This document shows, one piece after another, positions 57,119-64,000 of a DNA stretch of 64,000 bases. Origin of the DNA: Chrysomallon squamiferum. Lineage: Eukaryota > Animalia > Mollusca. Numbering within the stretch: the stretch's first letter is position 1; each line of letters starts with the position of its first letter. The stretch lies in NCBI GenBank assembly GCA_012295275.1, contig CM022671.1, positions 13,392,001 through 13,456,000 on the forward strand. The letters run 5' to 3'. Made by a program: the position numbers and the translations under genes. The notes below the pieces were generated by a model. The model had not been told where the DNA came from. It was given only the letters and a program-made list of their open reading frames with translations, and ran no database searches.

Positions 57119-60100
57119 AGCTGTTAACCATATCATTACTTGTGTGTTAATATAAAACAAAATATAATCATTTCTGGAATATTTTATCACCAACTTTCAG
57201 AAAGCAGATAGGTGGTAAGGTCATATTCATCAAGCATTTCTTTTTCTTATAGCATATCAGAATGGAATTAATGTAAATCCTTTTTAAGTTTGAAAATAAA
57301 CTTATATTTTAGCCGGGCAAAGTTTGTGATTCCAAACTTCCATGTGGATTTGTTTCTCCAGATGGACAAGAACTTCATGTACGGTCAGTTCGACCCTCGA
57401 CAATGTTTTTCACAAAGGGACACAACAACTTAGACAGCTTGTATGTGCCTGGACACCACTTGCATCGTATATGTTATTCTTTTCATTCATCATACAGTGA
57501 GATCAGAGACATTATTACTTACTTGAAACCCAAAAGAATTGTACCATGTGTGAAGCCTTTTCCAGACAATGAAATAAGACAGGTAAATTGAAAAAAAAAA
57601 CAAAAAAACAACCCTCTCTTAAAGGTCTTGTTTGTTTTAATTAGCAAAATTTGGTTTGATCATTTGAATTAGTTTTGCTATTGTAAAAGTTGTGTAGTAG
57701 TTGTTATGTATTCAACTATTATCATAAAACGTAATGATTACTTTTAATTTGTTTTATGATGATAAGTATTAGAATATAAATACTTCACCCAGTTAAATTT
57801 CAGAAAAATAAAAGTTATAGTATTTCTGTATCTGATCAAGAGGTACCCAGTGACACTGACAGCAATTGCCAGTACATGCTTTAGGATGAGAATGGCTATA
57901 TTTACTAGTTTTGAACTTCTTCAGTTATTTAACAATAAAAAAAAGGCAATGTCAGATAATTCCTTAATATTTCTTTTTTTCTGTTTTTGGTTGAAATTTC
58001 ATGTTCTCAATGTGAAATTGCTAAAAAAGAAGAAAAGAAGATGAAGAAAAAATTAATACCCACGCCCAGTTTATTGCCACCTGTCAGCTTAAAAAACAAA
58101 AAGTTATAACTTTATTTTATGTGGGACTTTATCCATTTAATATGTTTATTCTACAGTTTCTAGGTAAAGAAATGCAAAAAAGGAGCCAAAAAAGTGTCTT
58201 TTTCGGTCCCTTTTATGTGAAGTGGTCAGAATTATGAGATGAACATAATTTAAATATTTTCAGGTTCAACACAGACTCAACAAGTTCTTGAAAATGCCTC
58301 ACAGATTTAACTTTACATCACCAAAAAATCTTTTGGGAAAACTGAAGCAAAGATTTCAGAAACCGTGTATCAAGAAAGGTCTCTAATTTTTATTTTTTAT
58401 GTTGAAAAGTAAAGTTTTTAAAAAACAAACATGTTGAAACATCAACATTTTGAGAATTTGTCTACATTCCTAAATTTGAATTGCATACGATTTATCATGT
58501 CCTAGAATAAGTTTTTTTTTAATTTATCAATATTTTCATTCTCTTTCTCTCTCTCTCTCTCTGTATATATATGTTTGTAAATTAATTTTTATTTACTTAT
58601 TTGTTTATTTTATTGCTAATTCTTCTTTTTCAGCATCAACAGATTCTGAAAGTCTTGTTTTTACAGTGCACTCTCCTGCAAAAGAGAAAAATATTTCTTT
58701 ATCTGAAAGTCCTTGTTTAAAAACACCAGAAATTATGGAGGATGATGTTGAAAACTCTCAAACAAGGATAGAGCCCAGTGAAGTGAGCAGTTCTTATGAG
58801 CCAAGTCTTCCAAGAGGAGAAGAGATGAATCTTGTTGAATCAGTTGATGAAGAAAACATTTCTGAAAAACAAGATGATGACAATGCAGAATGGTTGTTTT
58901 GTCTGTATGTCAGTGGTGATGATGAGGTGGATGAAGATGAGAGAATGTCAACACTGACTTTCACAGAGGGTGGTGAAGACAATGAGGATGCTGACTTAAT
59001 GGAGAAAAGACAAAGTGATATAAAAGAGGAAGTTAAACAAGGGGAGCATGAGACTGAAATAAACAATGTATTGAAAGAAAAAAACAGTTTCAGAAATAAT
59101 AAGGATGTGAATGGATGTATGGTTGATGAAGAAAAATGTGAAATTAATGTGGCTTGTTTGGCAACCAAAAATAGCCTTGGAGATGGTGATTTATCATCCT
59201 TTTCCAATAAAAATGAAAATGAAGATAGTTATGAATCCCATGTTAATCAGATGTTTTCGGACAGTGGTAAAAAACCACTGCAGTTTCCTATTGTCAAAAC
59301 TGATGATCAAGTTCATAGCAGTAATAAACCTAACAAGATTAAAATAGATCTTATCTTAAATTCTGAATTATCAGTATGCAGTGAATTTCTTGTATCAGAT
59401 ACAGAGCAGAATCAGATAGTAAATCCTGTTGTACCAAAAACTTTCAATCACCCAACATCAGAAGATGAAATTAATTTCTCTGATCAAATTTTTGAAAACA
59501 TTAATTCTGAAAAACATGTTAAAAAAGGTCATGCAGAATCGGCTACTGATAATTCTTTTCAGTGCAGTGAAAAATGCAATAAAAGAAATAGATGTAAGAA
59601 ATCCAGCAGTTCTGATTTGTTTGAAGAAAATGATGATAGTTCTACTGATGAAACTCATAGACCTGATGCTGAATGTATGACAGGGGACAAGACTGGTGAT
59701 AGTGAGGGATTTAGTATTTCTTTAGATGGATGTGAAATGCAGGCTGAGTCAATCTTAAAAACAAACTGCAGTGATATTTTGGACAATTCATGTCTGAGAG
59801 GAGCCGTGCAAGATAAAATAAAGATAAACAATACTAATTTATATTTACAGTCTAAAGAGTTCAGTCATTACTCGGAAGTTAACTTAGCTGCTTCAAATTT
59901 CAGTCTTAATGTATTACCTGAAAATGAATCTTGTTTGTCTAAGAAAAGGTTATCTTCACCTGTTGGTTTGCTTTCCATATCAACAAATCAACAAAAGTCT
60001 GAAGAACCAATTAATGATGATAATATTAAAACTGGAGATAATGTGGATGAAAATGCAGAAATAGATGAACTTAAAAATGGAAGTGATTCTGACAAATGTG

Positions 60101-60597
60101 GTTACAAAATAACATCATCTGAAGGCAAAACGGTGTGTCCACCATACCTGCAAGAAACCGAGTTTGACGATGATGTTATTGTTATTGATTCAGAAGAACC
60201 AATTTCTAAGAGAAGGAGAAAGAACTCTGGAAATGTATCTGATAGCATTTTTCTAAACTCTGTCACATCACAAAATCAAAAGCATTCTGTTGTGGACCAT
60301 CTAGACAAGCTGAATAATGTTTTACAAATTCACTCACTACAGGAGTCGGACAGTGATATCACACTGCCTCCTAGTCAGAATTCATTTAACTACATTGTTG
60401 CAGATTCAGGTACTGGCAGTGATAGTGATGTTCTGGTAATATCTGATGACGATGAAGGTGATGACAGTTGTTATCTTGATGATACAGATCAGTTTATGTC
60501 AGCTGGCTGGAGTAATATCAGAATTGGAGTTAATGTCTTTAAAGTCAGGGCAGACAGATTTGATGATAATGAATACATTGATCTGACTGATGATTGA
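52825..60597 (+). CDS. DCLRE1C: Artemis nuclease (metallo-beta-lactamase/beta-CASP), ~1043 aa, 11 coding exons
   Basis: Exons 52825-52933, 53383-53434, 53646-53730, 53915-53974 (GC donor), 54286-54341, 55791-55892, 56194-56407, 56881-56985, 57313-57582, 58264-58378, 58634-60597. Total 3132 nt, open. Motifs SIDRFD, FLSHCHKDHM, HCPGSVMF, LYTGDFR, YIDTTF, IHV/IHAC/LPC (Zn ligands), RPSTM and [11 protein letters not shown], followed by a long acidic tail. Confidence 0.94.
54660..55655. mobile_element. Old pogo/Tigger-like MITE (Tc1/mariner superfamily) in Artemis intron 5
   Basis: TA|cggtcaaactagacaacttga ... gacttattgaagtttgactg|TA: imperfect TIRs with TA flanks and no coding capacity. Confidence 0.6.
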
Positions 60598-62916
60598 AAA
60601 TGGTCTCTGTATATTATTTATTTCATATTTTAAATAGTGGTCCAGGTTACTTTTAATTAGAACATTTTGTTCACAGAGTCACTCATTCTTGAAATGTAAT
60701 GAAATAACAATAGCTTTTTAGCTTTATAAGTAGTCCAAGTTCTAAATATTTCAGTATGTTAAGATTAGAATAGTAACTAAGGAGGCTGAAATCAATTTTA
60801 ATTTCCTTAAAAAGATAATAATTATGAACAAAATATTTCTAGTTCTGACTTTCTAAACTTTTTTTTATTTTAAATGATTCCTAAATTATCAGTTGCAAAT
60901 TTCTCTAAACTGTAGTTCATGTTAAATATTGAATTTTAATCAACTTGCATCAAATTAGTAATGGAATGTGTTATATATATGTTGTTTTTAATAATCCAAT
61001 AATTTTAGAAATTCCCATTATTCTTAGAAATTATATTTTTCTAAACTGCTTTTCAATGTGTTACATGTACTTTTTTTTTTTTTTAAATGAATGTCCATAA
61101 TTTTATTTATTTTTACTGTTATCCATTGACAAGTCAAACTATTTTTATGTTATATATTTGTACAGTTGAACTGTAAAGATTTTATTTTCTCATTGAATTC
61201 TTATTTCTCAGAATGATTGGAGTTTTGAGGAATTGTTTTGTTGAATAGATAGATTGTATTTCTGGAAAAAACATTTGGTAATATTACATAGATTCTTTAA
61301 CTTTGTAAGAATATATATAAACTTTTAAAGATATCATTAATGTATTTTCTAATTTTAATAAAAAATAGAACCAAAAAGCTGTATAATGATAAATAAATAT
61401 GTCAAAGAATATTTTCAGTAAGATTATTTTAAATCAAGGTAGTAATCATGTTCAATTTTTAAATTACAATTAAATTGGAATGTAAAGGGAAATAAAAAGA
61501 ATAATAATAAAAAAAAAATTCACCATTTATAAAACAAAAACCACAGAGTAAGTTTAACCATAAAATGTTTACATTCTCATGAATTTCATAAACAAAATTT
61601 AAATGACATTAAATTATATTTGTATATATAAAACAGCACAAGAATGTACTTATTCACAGTAGTTATTTATGTGATAAAAAGTAAATACATCAAGTACATA
61701 TTAAAGTGATTAAAACAAAGTTGTTGTTTCATTTATTCTTAAATCAAAAGGAAAAGAGGAAAGTTTTCACTAACAGATTTTCAGAATTTGTTTTTACACA
61801 TGCACCTAACATAAGAAGATTTTATAATCATTTAAAAAAAAATGCAGAACTCTAACACGATGTAAGACCTTTATGCAGCATTAATAAACAGTTCAGTGGT
61901 CCTTTACAACTAGAAGTCAATGAATTAGGTTAGTCATCATGATGCAGATTTTGACAAAAATGGATATAAACCTTTTTGGAATTGAACTCTTCATATAAAG
62001 AAACAATTCAAACAAACATGTTGTGTAGCAACTGAATTAAATATAATACTTTATTTATTAAAAATATAAAGTATTATGAAAGATGCAACATCTAGAAGTG
62101 TGACACTGGAGAATTATTTATTTTTTATTTTTTTACACAACAGAATATACAGTATAAAACATAGTACAACTAGTATATGCTAATATAACAAAATATAATG
62201 TAAATTAATGTGTTAAATAATAGAAGTCTCCAGATGATCAGTAGAAAAAACAAACACCCAAAACATGAAAAAAACCTATAAACATGTTCAACATATTCCT
62301 AGTAGTAAATATTTGTCATATAAATACAAAGTGTAAGATAAAATATCGACTTTCAAGAATTTATGGAAATGCACTCTATATCAAACTCTAAAGTATTATT
62401 CAAAAATGAATGATACATGTTTAAAATTTAAAATTACAGAGTTTACATTTAGCATGAATTTGATTACTACTGAAACATCAGGCTATACAATTTTTTATTT
62501 TTTAAAAATATGTGAACAAATATTAATACAATAACTTGTATAAATTAAATATATAGGAATATTAAAGGAACTTGGTGATGATTTTAAGATGACAAATGAA
62601 CGAATGTGACACATCATCAAAAACAAGAATGTTTCTGTCTCAGTAAATAACTTGATAAACTGCTCACCAGTTTACATTCTAACATGAAAAGTTTGATACT
62701 TAGTAAGTACTTCATTTGTTATTATCAGCTTTGTTAGTAAAGACTACATTTAATATTAAAAGATTAGACAACTGTGATAAATAACAAACCAATTTTATGT
62801 TCTAAATGAAATTAAGAAAATAACAGAACAAAGTAAAAATATTAAAATACTATCTCTGCAATGAATAACATCATAAAAGATAAACCATGCAATATAATAT
62901 TATGTAAATTAATCTA

Positions 62917-63709
62917 CCGTATATACTTGTGTACAAGGCGACCTTATGTATAAGTCGATGTGTATTTTAAGACCAAAAATTGCGTCATTTTAGGTATTAC
63001 TTGTGTATAAGTCGACTGTAGATTCCAGGCACCGTCACTATTTTTAGACCAGTGTGACAGTGCCATGAAGGCCTACATTGTACGCCTACTGTAATATAAC
63101 TTGCACGAGCTGTAACTTGCACGAACATACCATAATAACGTAAATGCATGTATTACACGAGCTATAGCCTAAATGTATCATAAATAGTATCTCTTTAATG
63201 TAATAGGTCTAACATGGAGACCTAACTTACCGTTATATTTAGTTGATTTGTCGATAGTGGATATTAATGATGATTGCAATATTATTTCACCAAATTCTTT
63301 ACAATTACACAAGTGAGTTTTGTTTATGAAATTAGGACCGATATTTAGTGCAATTTGGCAGAGAAGTCTGCATTCCTAGATCACTGCAAGACGCCGTAAG
63401 GCATAATGCCGTACTGACAGTTTTCTCGCTTTAAAATGTATTTTTATGTCATTAAACGGAAGAATATCATGTTTTACATTCATATTTGGTTTTGTTATTT
63501 AATTTTTCCCAATTTTTTATATGATAAAATTATATTTTTGAAAAGCTGAAAGACCGCGATTATTTTAGATGCATCCCGTAGCAAAAAATAGTCAAAATGG
63601 CGACTCTACAGCAACAGCTACAAATGCATTACCTATGTATAAGTCGACCCCCAAAATATTACCTTAATATAGTCTCCCAAAAATTCGACTTATACACAAG
63701 TATATACGG
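62917..63709. mobile_element. Non-autonomous pogo/Tigger-like DNA transposon (MITE), 793 bp
   Basis: TA|ccgtatatacttgtgtacaaggcga ... tcgacttatacacaagtatatacgg|TA: ~25-bp TIR with 2 mismatches and a TA TSD. Internal tgtataagtcga repeats occur near 62948, 63004 and 63636. Confidence 0.9.
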
Positions 63710-64000
63710 TAATACATTTATTGTAACAAGCTTTGCATTTATGAGCAATCTAATGTTTGTCTTGTGTGCTGATTAAACTGAGTTTTGAAATTAATTTTAT
63801 CAATAATTCTTTAAAAGGCCTTTTCACAAATAAATGGAAAAACCCAACCAAAACAAATAATAATAAACAAAAAAATATTTGTTGAAAATTATTATCCATT
63901 ATCAAATGAACACTTGTATTGTAAGATCATTTAGAAATATGTAAACAAATAACAACAGCATGAATTCCCTCCTCCAATAAAAGACTGTTTGTTGATTCTC

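Noticed and set aside
58794-59680. Overlapping and antisense ORFs within the Artemis last exon
   Set aside because: These are shadow ORFs of a long biased coding exon with no independent signals.

Overview
AT-rich, intron-rich animal genomic DNA. It is most likely a mollusc/gastropod, which is an inference from gene content and a SINE-like repeat I recall from gastropod genomes. I reconstructed five spliced protein-coding genes by hand from splice sites and exon phases. (1) A complete MET/HGF-receptor-like tyrosine kinase (minus, 19 coding exons, ~1384 aa). (2) An orphan secreted Cys-rich, probably GPI-anchored protein (plus, 6 exons). (3) A single-pass membrane protein with an extracellular chitin-binding (CBM14/peritrophin-A-like) domain and a Tyr-motif-rich cytoplasmic tail (minus, 5' end unresolved). 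(4) TPRA1/GPR175 (minus, 10 coding exons). (5) Artemis/DCLRE1C (plus, 11 coding exons), head-to-head with TPRA1. Mobile DNA includes a decayed Mag-clade Ty3/Gypsy element with a tRNA-Ser PBS, two pogo/Tigger-like MITEs, a foldback-like relic, SINE fragments and a SWIM-domain relic. The most interesting observations are the putative chitin-sensing signalling receptor, a MET whose furin site appears moved from Sema to IPT2, minisatellites seeded by splice junctions in four MET introns, and an Artemis tail carrying a cluster of SUMO-interacting motifs.
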